From NCBI GenBank assembly GCA_964599035.1, contig CAZREP010000002.1, positions 4,299 to 68,298 on the forward strand: DNA of 64,000 nt. Reading direction: 5' to 3'. How positions within the stretch are numbered: the first letter of the stretch is position 1; every line of letters begins with the position of its first letter. Source of the stretch: an uncultured Terrimonas sp. (GTDB lineage: Bacteria > Bacteroidota > Bacteroidia > Chitinophagales > Chitinophagaceae). Below the pieces are notes generated by a model that saw nothing but the letters and a program-made list of their open reading frames with translations, was not told where the DNA came from and did no database searches. The position numbers were made by a program, and so were the translations under genes. Shown piece after piece: positions 8,731 through 18,239 of this stretch.

Positions 8731-11175
8731 TCATGACGCTGTTGCTCTTATAATATCGGCAAAAACGCCCGACGCTGTTACCTCGGCACCGGCACCGGCG
8801 CCTTTGATCACAAGCGGCTGATTGGGGTAGCGTTCTGTATAGAACAAAACCACATTGTCCTTTCCGTATAAATGATACAGGTCATGCTGCGGTGGAATAT
8901 GTTCCAGCCCGGCTGCCGCTTTGCCTTGCTCGAATTTTGCCACAAATTTAAGCTTGCTGTTGGCCGCCACGGCATCGTCGTACAATTTCCTGAAATGCGC
9001 CTCATGCTGTTCGAGCGCTTTATAAAAAGCGTTCACGTCGCCCTGCATGCAGCTTTCAGGTAAAAAGCCGTTGCAGGTGATATCTTCCATTTCCAGTTGC
9101 TCTCCCGATTCGCGGGCCAGTATCAGTATTTTACGGATCACGTCCGTGCCGCTGAGGTCCAGGCGTGGATCGGGCTCCGTATATCCCTCCTCCTGAGCCT
9201 GTCTTACCACATCGGCGAAACTTGTCGTTCCGTTGTAATTATTAAAAACAAAGTTCAGTGTGCCGCTCAGCACCGCTTCTATACGGTTGATCCGGTCGCC
9301 GCTTCGCAGCAGGTCGTTCAGTGTTCCTATTACCGGCAGTGCGGCACCCACATTGGTTTCAAACAGGTACAGGCAATTGTGAATCCTTGCCAGGTCTTTT
9401 AATTTCCGGTAGTATTCATAGGAAGAGGAAGCTGCCACTTTATTACAGGCTACAACCGAAACGCTTTTCTGAAGAAGCCTGTCGTACACTTTTGCCACGG
9501 TGTCGCTTGCTGTTATATCCACAAAGATCGCGTTGCGGAAATTTTTTCCAATAATAATATTGACGAAGGTTTCTATATCGGCATTTTCACCATCCTGTAG
9601 TCTTTCCTGCCAGTGGTTAAAGTCGATGCCGTTATCGTCTATTACCATCTTCCGGCTGTTTGCCAGTCCTGTTACCCTAAGGTTAAGGCGGAGGTGTTTT
9701 TCCAGCCATTCGTGCTGCTGCTGCAATTGCTGCAGCAGCTTGCTGCCTACATTTCCCGTGCCGGCAATGAACAGGTGTATTTGCTTGCAGGTGGTTTCAA
9801 AAAATTCTTCGTGCAGCACGTTAATGGCCTTGCGCACATCTTTTGTAGACACTACTGCCGATATGTTGCGCTCGGAAGACCCCTGGGCGATGGCACGTAC
9901 GTTGATGCCGTTCCTTCCCAGGGCACCGAACATTTTGCCGCTGATGCCCGGGCGGCTTTTCATGTTTTCCCCTACCAGCGCTACCACCGACAGGGAGGCT
10001 TCCACCAGCAGCGGCTGCACTTTTTCTGTTGTGATCTCATGGTCGAATTCGGCGTCTACCACTTCCCTTGCTTTATTCACGAAGGCAGCTTCAATGCCCA
10101 CGCAAATGGAGTGCTCGGAAGAGCCCTGCGTGATCAGTATTACGTTGATCTGCGCTGCAGACAGCGACTCAAACAACCTTCTTGAAAAACCGGGTACGCC
10201 TATCATACCACTTCCTTCCAGGCTAAGCAGGGCAATATTGCTGATGCTGGAAATGCCGCGTATGGCATTGCCGTTGCCGGAAGCTTTTTGCTGTATGACG
10301 GTGCCCGGATCCTCCGGAGAGAATGTATTTTTGATCATTACGGGTATAGCCTTGCGCAAAACGGGCTGTATAGAAGGGGGATAAAGCACTTTAGCCCCAA
10401 AATGAGAAAGCTCCATGGCTTCCTGGTAGGAGATGGATGGAATAACCCTGGCGCTGCTTACCCAACGGGGGTCGGCAGTCATCATGCCCGGCACGTCGGT
10501 CCATATTTCCAGGTGGGTGGCATCGGTAGCAGCCGCCAGTATGGCTGCCGTATAGTCGGAACCTCCGCGTCCCAGCGTAGTAGTTTCATTGTTGGCATTG
10601 GCGGCAATAAAGCCAGGCATGATCATTAGGTTTTCCCTGCATCCGGCTATATAATCGGCGACCTGTTTGCGGGTAACCGGCAGGTTTACCGTGGCATTGC
10701 CAAAGCGGGAGTCGGTGTGGATCAATGTTCTGGTATCCTTCCATGCGGCAGCTATCCCGCTATGATTAAAGGCCGCAGCGATGATCTGCGAGGAAGTGAG
10801 CTCGCCATAGCTTACCATCCGGTCATGTGTTCTGTCGGACAGTTCAGCCAATAAAAAAATGCCGTTACAGATATCCTCAATATCATTGCACAGTTTCTTC
10901 ACCAGGCTCAGCACATGGCTTTGGTGCTGCACCGGTATCAGCTGCTTTACTGTTTCGAGGTGCCTTTGTTCAATGCGCCGCAATTCATCTTTGTATTGCT
11001 CGTTGCCGGCGGCAGCCATCTCACCGGAACTGATCAGCGCGTCGGTAGTGCCCCCCAGTGCGGACACTACCATTATGGTCCTGTCTTTTTTCAGCCTGTC
11101 ATTTACAATGGATATTACTCTTTTTATATTATCAGCGCTTCCTACCGAAGTACCGCCGAATTTCAGCACCTGCAT
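8731..11175 (-). CDS. thrA: Bifunctional aspartokinase / homoserine dehydrogenase
   Basis: 814 aa with VLKFGGTSV, TTLGRGGSD, two ACT domains, GTGNVG and GYTEPDPRLDLSG. Confidence 0.97.
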   Translation of the reverse strand: MQVLKFGGTSVGSADNIKRVISIVNDRLKKDRTIMVVSALGGTTDALISSGEMAAAGNEQYKDELRRIEQRHLETVKQLIPVQHQSHVLSLVKKLCNDIEDICNGIFLLAELSDRTHDRMVSYGELTSSQIIAAAFNHSGIAAAWKDTRTLIHTDSRFGNATVNLPVTRKQVADYIAGCRENLMIMPGFIAANANNETTTLGRGGSDYTAAILAAATDATHLEIWTDVPGMMTADPRWVSSARVIPSISYQEAMELSHFGAKVLYPPSIQPVLRKAIPVMIKNTFSPEDPGTVIQQKASGNGNAIRGISSISNIALLSLEGSGMIGVPGFSRRLFESLSAAQINVILITQGSSEHSICVGIEAAFVNKAREVVDAEFDHEITTEKVQPLLVEASLSVVALVGENMKSRPGISGKMFGALGRNGINVRAIAQGSSERNISAVVSTKDVRKAINVLHEEFFETTCKQIHLFIAGTGNVGSKLLQQLQQQHEWLEKHLRLNLRVTGLANSRKMVIDDNGIDFNHWQERLQDGENADIETFVNIIIGKNFRNAIFVDITASDTVAKVYDRLLQKSVSVVACNKVAASSSYEYYRKLKDLARIHNCLYLFETNVGAALPVIGTLNDLLRSGDRINRIEAVLSGTLNFVFNNYNGTTSFADVVRQAQEEGYTEPDPRLDLSGTDVIRKILILARESGEQLEMEDITCNGFLPESCMQGDVNAFYKALEQHEAHFRKLYDDAVAANSKLKFVAKFEQGKAAAGLEHIPPQHDLYHLYGKDNVVLFYTERYPNQPLVIKGAGAGAEVTASGVFADIIRATAS

Positions 11176-11210
11176 TATATTTGGATTTGATCATTAATAA
11201 TTACACCAGA

Positions 11211-11236
11211 GCCCCCTGTCTCTTCAGACAGATGGC
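11211..11236 (-). promoter_or_regulatory. Candidate attenuator hairpin of the thr leader
   Basis: mRNA GCCAUCUGUCU-GAAG-AGACAGGGGGC between the leader ORF and thrA; the U tract is weak. Confidence 0.55.
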
Positions 11237-11270
11237 AGCTTTGCAGCCCAGAGGATGATATGCATGCATT

Positions 11271-11372
11271 TTACCCTCGGAAGAGGGTTGTCGTTGTTGT
11301 AATAACGGTGGTACCTGCAGCGTGATACGCAGCAGCAACGGGAGGAAATGTATGGAATATAAACTGTACCAT
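11271..11372 (-). CDS. thr operon leader peptide (ThrL-like)
   Basis: 33 aa MVQFIFHTFPPVAAAYHAAGTTVITTTTTLFRG, with 7 Thr and 1 Ile in 9 codons, directly upstream of thrA. Confidence 0.8.
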   Translation of the reverse strand: MVQFIFHTFPPVAAAYHAAGTTVITTTTTLFRG

Positions 11373-11388
11373 TACTGTTTTGAGTTGC

Positions 11389-11419
11389 CGAAGGTAAAAC
11401 AGATTTGAACAATAGCAAA
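11389..11419 (-). promoter_or_regulatory. Promoter for the thr leader/operon
   Basis: TTTG-N19-TACCTTCG on the minus strand, a variant of the Bacteroidota -33/-7 consensus, 16 nt before the leader ATG. Confidence 0.55.
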
Positions 11420-11616
11420 TAAAATATTTGAAAATTATCATGTCGGTTTCCATTTAAAATATTTTATGCCATGATCCATTCCCTTTTTTTAACTAATTTC
11501 ACGCCCTGTAAAAACGATTGCCTGTCGGATAAATACTTGTTTTGTGTTGTTGCCCTGCAACAGCCATACCCTATTTTACAACTATCCTGACGAATTAATT
11601 TTTAAGCACAGAGCTC

Positions 11617-14196
11617 ATGCCAAGTTCATCTTCCGCAGCGTTAACACAGTTCCAGAACCTCGTAGGACGCAAGTTCCAGATCTATAACAGCCTCTTTACG
11701 TCTTTGCCCTTTCACCGGATCGAAAAAACCGGTATCCTGCTTTCGCTGTTGCTCAGCTACTGTGAGGAAGGATATGACAATGCGCAAAGCCCATTGCAGA
11801 TCATTGATGATTTTCTCAGTAAGCATACCTCTTACGCCAAAGAAGAAGAGAAGCTGGATCTGCTGTTCCGGTTTGTGCAGTATGTAGAAAGACAGGTGGT
11901 ATTGTTTGATGCACTGGAGGATGCCGCTTTTACCATTGTGAATGACATGAATGGTCCGGGTACGCTCAAAGGGCTGCAGTCGGAAGTGGCGCAATTCGAT
12001 AATGAGAGCCGGCTTAAGAAAAAGCTGGAAGACTTCAGCATCAGGCTGGTGCTTACCGCTCACCCCACCCAGTTTTACCCGGGTGCGGTGCTGGGCATTA
12101 TACATGATCTGACGCGGGCTATTGCAGAGAACAATATCAACCAGATCAATATGTACCTGCAGCAATTAGGGAAAACTCCTTTTTTAAAGCAGCAAAAGCC
12201 TACTCCTTATGATGAAGCAGTAAGTTTAATGTGGTATCTCGAGAATGTTTTTTACCAGGCTGCCGGCAGGATCATTTCGTTCATGAAAACGAACCTGCCT
12301 GAGGTGGTATCTGCAGATAATCCCGTGATCCGTATGGGATTTTGGCCCGGCGGAGACAGGGATGGTAATCCATACGTTAGAACAGACACCACACTGAAGG
12401 TGGCAGGAGCATTGCGCGAAAGCATCATGAAATTATATTACCTTGATGTGCGCCGCCTGAAAAGAAGGCTCACTTTCAAGGGGGTGGATATGCCGCTGCA
12501 GCAATTAGAGCTTAAGCTGTATAACAATCTTTTTGTGCCGGGGTATAAAAGCGATATCAGCAAAGCGGAAATTTTAGATACGCTTTTCCAGATCAAAGAA
12601 ACGCTTATTTACCAGCACAATGGCTTATTTCTCGACCTGATCGAATCGCTGATCAATAAGGTGGAAGTTTTCGGATTGCATTTTGCGTCGCTGGATATAC
12701 GGCAGGACAGCTCGGTGCATGTCAGGGTAATTGAAGATATCGTTAAAAACACCAAAGCGCTGCCATCCGATTATTTGTCTTTGCCAGACAAAGATAAAAT
12801 ACAGGCGCTGATAAAGATGAGCACTGTAGTGAACAGTGAAGACCTTACGGATGATATCCACAAGGACACCCTTAAAGTGATGGCTGCGATTAAGGACATT
12901 CAAACCAATAACGGGGTGGCAGGATGCGACCGTTATGTGATAAGCCATGCCTATAGTGCGCTCACTGTTATTGAAGTGTATGGATTGCTGTTGATGAGCG
13001 GCTGGCAGCCCGGCTCGGTGCTGGTAGATATTGTGCCGCTTTTTGAAACTATTGATGACCTTAATAATGCCGCCGGCATCATGAAAGAGCTGTATGAACT
13101 TCCCGCTTACCGTGAGCATCTGCGGCTGCGAAAGAATAAGCAAACCATCATGCTCGGCTTTTCCGACGGTACAAAGGACGGCGGTTACCTTATGGCCAAC
13201 TGGAGCATATACAAAGCCAAGGAAGAGCTTACTTCCATATCAAGAGCTTACGACATTGATGTGATCTTCTTTGACGGTAGGGGAGGTCCTCCTGCAAGGG
13301 GCGGTGGAAAAACGCATAAGTTTTATGCTTCCCTCGGAAAAAATATTGCTAATGAACAGATCCAGTTAACGATCCAGGGGCAAACCGTGAGTTCTAATTT
13401 CGGCACCATCGAATCGGCCCAGTTCAATATTGAGCAGCTGATCAACGCAGGGATATCCAATGACCTGTTCGCTTCGCAGAAAGTTACCCTCCTGGATTCC
13501 GAAAAAGAGCTGATACAACAGTTGGCAGACAGAAGCTTTACTGCTTATATGGAGCTGAAGAACCATCCTAATTTCCTGGAGTATCTTGGCCATGCAAGCC
13601 CGTTGAGATTTTACGCAGCAACCAATATCGGCAGCCGCCCGGCAAAGAGGGGAGGTTCCGGTAAGCTGTCATTGGAAAGCCTGCGGGCTATCCCTTTTGT
13701 TGGCTCATGGAGCCAGCTAAAGCAAAATGTGACCGGGTATTATGGAGTAGGCACCGCATTTAAAAAAATGGATGAAGAAGGCCGGTGGGAAGAGCTGAAA
13801 AAGCTCTACGATAAATCTACTTTCATAAAAACGCTGATCGCCAATTGCGAAATGTCTATGAAGAAGAGCTTTTTCCCCATGACCGCATTCCTGTCGAGGC
13901 ACCCGGTATACGGGGAAATATGGAGTAAAATATATGAAGAATACGAGCTTACCAAACAGTATATATTTCGTCTTACCGGTAAAAATGAGCTGATGGCCGA
14001 CTACCCTGTGGAGCAGCTTTCCGTTCAGATGAGGGAGCGGATCGTGCTGCCGCTGGTAACCATTCAGCAGTATGCGATTACCAGGGTAAGAGAGATGGAA
14101 GAAGCATCATCTGAATCGCACTATAAGCAAACGCTCGAAAAGCTGGTGATGCGTTGCTCTTTCGGTATTATCAATGCCGGAAGGAATTCGGCGTAG
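11617..14196 (+). CDS. ppc: Phosphoenolpyruvate carboxylase
   Basis: VLTAHPT, GGDRDGNP, MLGFSDGTKDGG, LRAIPF and C-terminal RNSA. Confidence 0.96.
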   Translation: MPSSSSAALTQFQNLVGRKFQIYNSLFTSLPFHRIEKTGILLSLLLSYCEEGYDNAQSPLQIIDDFLSKHTSYAKEEEKLDLLFRFVQYVERQVVLFDALEDAAFTIVNDMNGPGTLKGLQSEVAQFDNESRLKKKLEDFSIRLVLTAHPTQFYPGAVLGIIHDLTRAIAENNINQINMYLQQLGKTPFLKQQKPTPYDEAVSLMWYLENVFYQAAGRIISFMKTNLPEVVSADNPVIRMGFWPGGDRDGNPYVRTDTTLKVAGALRESIMKLYYLDVRRLKRRLTFKGVDMPLQQLELKLYNNLFVPGYKSDISKAEILDTLFQIKETLIYQHNGLFLDLIESLINKVEVFGLHFASLDIRQDSSVHVRVIEDIVKNTKALPSDYLSLPDKDKIQALIKMSTVVNSEDLTDDIHKDTLKVMAAIKDIQTNNGVAGCDRYVISHAYSALTVIEVYGLLLMSGWQPGSVLVDIVPLFETIDDLNNAAGIMKELYELPAYREHLRLRKNKQTIMLGFSDGTKDGGYLMANWSIYKAKEELTSISRAYDIDVIFFDGRGGPPARGGGKTHKFYASLGKNIANEQIQLTIQGQTVSSNFGTIESAQFNIEQLINAGISNDLFASQKVTLLDSEKELIQQLADRSFTAYMELKNHPNFLEYLGHASPLRFYAATNIGSRPAKRGGSGKLSLESLRAIPFVGSWSQLKQNVTGYYGVGTAFKKMDEEGRWEELKKLYDKSTFIKTLIANCEMSMKKSFFPMTAFLSRHPVYGEIWSKIYEEYELTKQYIFRLTGKNELMADYPVEQLSVQMRERIVLPLVTIQQYAITRVREMEEASSESHYKQTLEKLVMRCSFGIINAGRNSA

Positions 14197-14276
14197 GGAG
14201 GAGGTGAAGGGTGGAAGGTATAGGGTAGAAAGGTTTGACCTGCTTTGAGATCGGCTGTCAGTAAGGAAGAAGTTAT

Positions 14277-14305
14277 AAAAGCCATCCATAGAAATGGACG
14301 GCTTT
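14277..14305. terminator. Probable bidirectional intrinsic terminator between ppc and the porin gene
   Basis: AAAAGCCATCCAT-AGAA-ATGGACGGCTTT hairpin between convergent genes. Confidence 0.65.
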
Positions 14306-14406
14306 AACGATTGCTTGCCCTGTGAAAAAGTTTAGACTTTAATCCTCATGTTGCGAGTTCCCCTGAAACCTGCAACCTCCTCCCTGCAACCTGTAACTTG
14401 TTCGCC

Positions 14407-15483
14407 TCAAAAGCTGAAAATAGCGGCCAGCACAAAGGATTCCGTGATTTTAGTGCCGGTGCCCTTATGTTTTGTAAATATGGGATCTTCGGCACTGTCT
14501 AACCGGAATTCGGGAATGATCGTGAAATGCTCAGCCGGCTTTATATTGAAAGAAAGCGTGGTTTGAAAAATGCCCGACCCGAAAAGCGGGTAAACGTCAT
14601 CAAATTTATCGGTATAGGTGATCACACCCTTCTTATCGTTGAAATATTCGCCGCGCAGGGTTAATCCGAATTGCGCTGTAGGGTCGATGTTGAGGTAAAG
14701 CGCGGAGCCCCACCACGAACTGCTGCTTCCCCCGGCAGGGTTGTAGCATTTTATCGTTCCATCATAGCCCAGGCTGAACTTTTCCGAAAAAGTGGCGGTA
14801 GCGGTTAGCCCGAACTGGTTATTGGCGGCATTATCGAAGTCTTTTCCTCCCACATAATTCAGGAAAGCGCTGAATTGATCAAAGCTGGCGCTGAGTTGAC
14901 CCAGGATGAATTTTTTAGCAAATCCTGCACTGATGTAATCATTGGGATTGGCTATACCCACCATTAAGCCAAAATGATCGGCCAGCCCGAAGTCCGCTTT
15001 AATGCCGGTATGCGAAAAAGGTCCGTAAGAGAACATGTAGCTCATGCTGTAATTGCGGTTCAACTGCGGATCCAATACTTCATAACCCACGTGGGTTCCC
15101 CATTTACCTGCAGTCAGTTTTATTTTAGCGGAAGGAGAGTAACTGACATATGCCTGTTTAATGGCGGCCATGGCGCCTGTTTCGGCGTAAGAGAACTCCT
15201 GTGCCCGGCTTCCCAGGCCGAGATCAATGGTTGCAGCTACTTTTCCGGCTGTATAATCTGCTTTAACGGAAGCCATGCCCAGCTCAAAAGAATTCTGCGT
15301 GTTGGTAAAGCTGGTAAAATTATTGGTGACCTGCTGGTCTTTCGCATTGGCAAAATTAAAACGATAATAGCCATCTACTGATCCGGAGAAGAGAAGTGTT
15401 TCTTTTTTGCCGGAAGAATCCTGTGAGGAGGCAGGTAAAAATGCAGCCATAAAAATGGCAGGCGTAAGAATTTTTCTTAACAT
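14407..15483 (-). CDS. Outer-membrane beta-barrel porin associated with the ammonium transporter
   Basis: Signal peptide, NRNYSMSYMFSYGPFSHTG, amphipathic strands and C-terminal Phe; directly downstream of amtB. Confidence 0.8.
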   Translation of the reverse strand: MLRKILTPAIFMAAFLPASSQDSSGKKETLLFSGSVDGYYRFNFANAKDQQVTNNFTSFTNTQNSFELGMASVKADYTAGKVAATIDLGLGSRAQEFSYAETGAMAAIKQAYVSYSPSAKIKLTAGKWGTHVGYEVLDPQLNRNYSMSYMFSYGPFSHTGIKADFGLADHFGLMVGIANPNDYISAGFAKKFILGQLSASFDQFSAFLNYVGGKDFDNAANNQFGLTATATFSEKFSLGYDGTIKCYNPAGGSSSSWWGSALYLNIDPTAQFGLTLRGEYFNDKKGVITYTDKFDDVYPLFGSGIFQTTLSFNIKPAEHFTIIPEFRLDSAEDPIFTKHKGTGTKITESFVLAAIFSF

Positions 15484-15594
15484 TGCAGTTGATTTTAAGT
15501 GTTAAAATGAAAGGGTACTGTTTTAAACCTGGTCAGAGGTTTTCTTAAAACCGTACCTTTTCTTTTTTGTAGATATCCCGTTTTGTTACCCGCT

Positions 15595-16983
15595 CTAATC
15601 TATCACTTCTTCCTCGTGTATGCTTCCGTTATTCGTTACCAGCAAGGTTCCCTGCAGGTATTTTTCATTATGCTGGGTGGCATCCAGTCCGATCTCCTCT
15701 TCTTCTGCAGTTACGCGAAGCGGTAAAATAAAGTTGATAAATTTGAAAATGACGTAGGATACGATAAAGCTGTATCCTGCAGCGATGACCATGGCTTTCA
15801 GCTGGGTAAAGAAAAACGCACTGTTGCCATAGAACCATCCGTCGCTCCCACCGGCATTCACCGCTTTGGTGGCAAATATCCCGGTCATGAGCATACCTGC
15901 CATACCGCCTATCCCATGGCAGGGGAAAACATCCAGTGTATCATCGAGCGAAGATTTCTGCTTGTAGTATACGGCAATATTGGAGATAATAGCGGCAACA
16001 AGACCGATGAAGATGCTCTGTGGGACAGCTACAAAACCCGCTGCAGGTGTAATGGCTACCAATCCTACCACGGCTCCTATGCAGAAGCCTACAACAGAGG
16101 GCTTTTTGCCCCTGAGCACGTCAAAGAACATCCATCCCAAACCGCCCGCTGCAGCGGCAGTGTTGGTGGTGGCAAATGCCGAAACAGCAAGCGGATTTGC
16201 GCCCAAAGCAGAGCCTGCATTGAACCCAAACCAGCCAAACCACAGCAGGCCTGTGCCTATTAAGACATAGGGGATGTTGGCGGGAGGGATCTCCCTGTGC
16301 TCCATGTGTGCTTTTCTGCGTTTTAATACCAGGGCACCGGCCAGGGCTGCGCAACCTGCAGAGATATGCACTACCGTTCCGCCTGCAAAATCGAGGGCGC
16401 CCATTTTAAATAAAAACCCTTCAGGGTGCCAGCTCCAGTGCGCCAGAGGGGCATACACCAGCAGGCTGAACAGGGCAATAAAAAGAATATAGGAGGTAAA
16501 CCGTATCCTTTCCGCCACGGCGCCCACTACCAGGCCGGGTGTTATAATAGCAAACATAAGCTGGAATACCGAAAACAGGGTTTTGGGAATGGTGGGTGCG
16601 CCTACCCATGGTTCTCCGGAGTTTACATCCCTGAAAAAAAGATGGGTGGCAGGGTTGCCGATAAACCCTCCTATATCTTCACCGAAGCAAAGGCTGTATC
16701 CTACAAATATCCATAGCACGCTTACGACGCCGGCAGCCACTACACTTTTGATCATGGTGGAGATCACATTTTTACGATGCACCATGCCACCGTAAAAAAA
16801 GGCAATCCCGGGGGTCATCAGAAACACGAGGGTAGCCGCTACAATAACCCATGCAATGTCTGCCGGACTGTAGACGTTACCGGTGTCTGCAAAATCGGTA
16901 ACAGGACGAACGAAAATAGCAGCCAGTGCTATGGCTGCCAGTACTACAAAAGGAGCAATTTGTTTTAGCGTTCTTTTAGCCAT
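15595..16983 (-). CDS. amtB: Ammonium transporter
   Basis: LMTPGIAFFYGG, DFAGGTVVH, WFGWFGFNAGS and DDTLDVFPCHG. Confidence 0.96.
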   Translation of the reverse strand: MAKRTLKQIAPFVVLAAIALAAIFVRPVTDFADTGNVYSPADIAWVIVAATLVFLMTPGIAFFYGGMVHRKNVISTMIKSVVAAGVVSVLWIFVGYSLCFGEDIGGFIGNPATHLFFRDVNSGEPWVGAPTIPKTLFSVFQLMFAIITPGLVVGAVAERIRFTSYILFIALFSLLVYAPLAHWSWHPEGFLFKMGALDFAGGTVVHISAGCAALAGALVLKRRKAHMEHREIPPANIPYVLIGTGLLWFGWFGFNAGSALGANPLAVSAFATTNTAAAAGGLGWMFFDVLRGKKPSVVGFCIGAVVGLVAITPAAGFVAVPQSIFIGLVAAIISNIAVYYKQKSSLDDTLDVFPCHGIGGMAGMLMTGIFATKAVNAGGSDGWFYGNSAFFFTQLKAMVIAAGYSFIVSYVIFKFINFILPLRVTAEEEEIGLDATQHNEKYLQGTLLVTNNGSIHEEEVID

Positions 16984-17030
16984 CGGGAAAAATTTTGAAT
17001 TAAAAATAATATATATTTGTATTATTAATT

Positions 17031-17038
17031 CAAAAATA
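17031..17038 (-). promoter_or_regulatory. -7 promoter element for amtB within a ~93% A+T region
   Basis: TATTTTTG on the minus strand 47 nt upstream of the ATG. Confidence 0.5.
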
Positions 17039-17262
17039 TTAATAAAATGAATATAATTTAAAAATATAATTACATATTATTATTAATAATATAAAATAAA
17101 ATATTAGTATTTTAGTTTCTAAAGTCACTAAATTTTAAATTATTAATTATTTATTAATATTATACATATAATTATAAATTTAATTAAGATTATTAATTGT
17201 CCTTCCTGAATTTATTTATTAATACATTACTAAATTATATATAATTATAATTTTATAATATT

Positions 17263-17290
17263 AAAAAAAGCCAGGCTTTTACCTGGCTTT
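17263..17290 (-). terminator. Intrinsic terminator after the S74-domain gene
   Basis: AAAGCCAGG-CTTTTA-CCTGGCTTT stem with an A7 run, i.e. a U tract on the minus strand. Confidence 0.75.
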
Positions 17291-17319
17291 GATTTTAAAA
17301 GGACATCCTTTCGATGTTT

Positions 17320-17766
17320 CTATCTGCTCACGGATGCCATTTGTTTTTGTAGCGCTGCTATTTCGGTTCTGAATTTTTCTATTTCAACCTGTTGTTCCTT
17401 TATTGAGGCTACCAGTACCGGTATCAGGCTTGTTTCGTCAATGGTTTTAACGGTCGCATTCCGGTGAACATTTTTCCCGTACCTGTATGATATTGATCTT
17501 TCTGATACAAGGTGAGGAAAAACAGCTCCTACCTCTTCGGCAATAAAACCAAATTGTTGCCCTCCTTTGAGCTTAAGGTGCTTAAAGGAAGCGGTGTTGT
17601 ATTCAAATTGTTTGGGTTCAAGTTGTGTGATCTTTTGCAGAGGTTGATCAATGGCTGTAATATTCTTTTTAATGGAATGATCGGATATGTCCTGGGAATG
17701 GATCGCTGTTGTGATGATAAGGAGGAACAACACCATACCTGCTGTTCTTAAATTATAGTTGCACAT
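17320..17766 (-). CDS. Secreted stand-alone peptidase S74 / tail-fibre chaperone domain protein
   Basis: Signal-like N terminus, then SDHSIKKNI, FGFIAEEV, FPHLV, LIPVLVASIKEQQ and a coiled coil. Start set at MCNYN. Confidence 0.8.
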   Translation of the reverse strand: MCNYNLRTAGMVLFLLIITTAIHSQDISDHSIKKNITAIDQPLQKITQLEPKQFEYNTASFKHLKLKGGQQFGFIAEEVGAVFPHLVSERSISYRYGKNVHRNATVKTIDETSLIPVLVASIKEQQVEIEKFRTEIAALQKQMASVSR

Positions 17767-17835
17767 TGTTATTATAATTTGGGTGATAAGTGGTATAACC
17801 ACCGGAATAACCATTCAGGGTGGTTACACGTGGTA

Positions 17836-18195
17836 TTACGGAAAATGCTGAATGAATGATAATAGGTTGGGAGGGGGAGTGGTAACAGGAAAGAAATGCG
17901 TTGGTCTGTAGAAGGTTGGGCGTTTACTGTTTTTTACAGCTGCAATAAGGATGATGGCAGTAACGGGAGCGTTTTTATGATCTGCCATAAATTCTTTTTC
18001 ATTATGCCCTTCGTGGCATTGTTTACCCTGGTTATTTGTTTCACTATCTGTAAGAAGTGCAGCCGGATATGTTTTTAGCGTATCGTAATAAAAGAGTTGG
18101 AAAAAGGGAGTACTTCCCTTAAGAACGAACAGGGTTACCAGCACCAGCGCTATAATATGTATGGAACGATAGGTCAATATGCAAAAGTAAATCAT
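17836..18195 (-). CDS. Small membrane/secreted protein with C-terminal TPPP (possible regulatory leader)
   Basis: Hydrophobic N terminus, CHEGH and FFPVTTPPP. The real start may be TTG at 18177, just after TACTTTTG at 18182-18189. Confidence 0.55.
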   Translation of the reverse strand: MIYFCILTYRSIHIIALVLVTLFVLKGSTPFFQLFYYDTLKTYPAALLTDSETNNQGKQCHEGHNEKEFMADHKNAPVTAIILIAAVKNSKRPTFYRPTHFFPVTTPPPNLLSFIQHFP

Positions 18196-18239
18196 CTGTT
18201 TATTTTTTTGTATCCTTTAGCTTTTCATACCGTACATTT

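Noticed and set aside
9500..10384. 294-aa plus-strand ORF, and similar long antisense ORFs such as 21855-22640, 11641-12165 and 58192-58767
   Set aside because: They lie entirely antisense to well-supported genes and have no motifs; these are codon-bias shadows.
16988..17269. Replication origin
   Set aside because: AT-rich, but I see no DnaA boxes and no origin-associated genes nearby.
17320..17766. Prophage tail gene
   Set aside because: No integrase, capsid or other phage genes; the protein has a host-type signal peptide.
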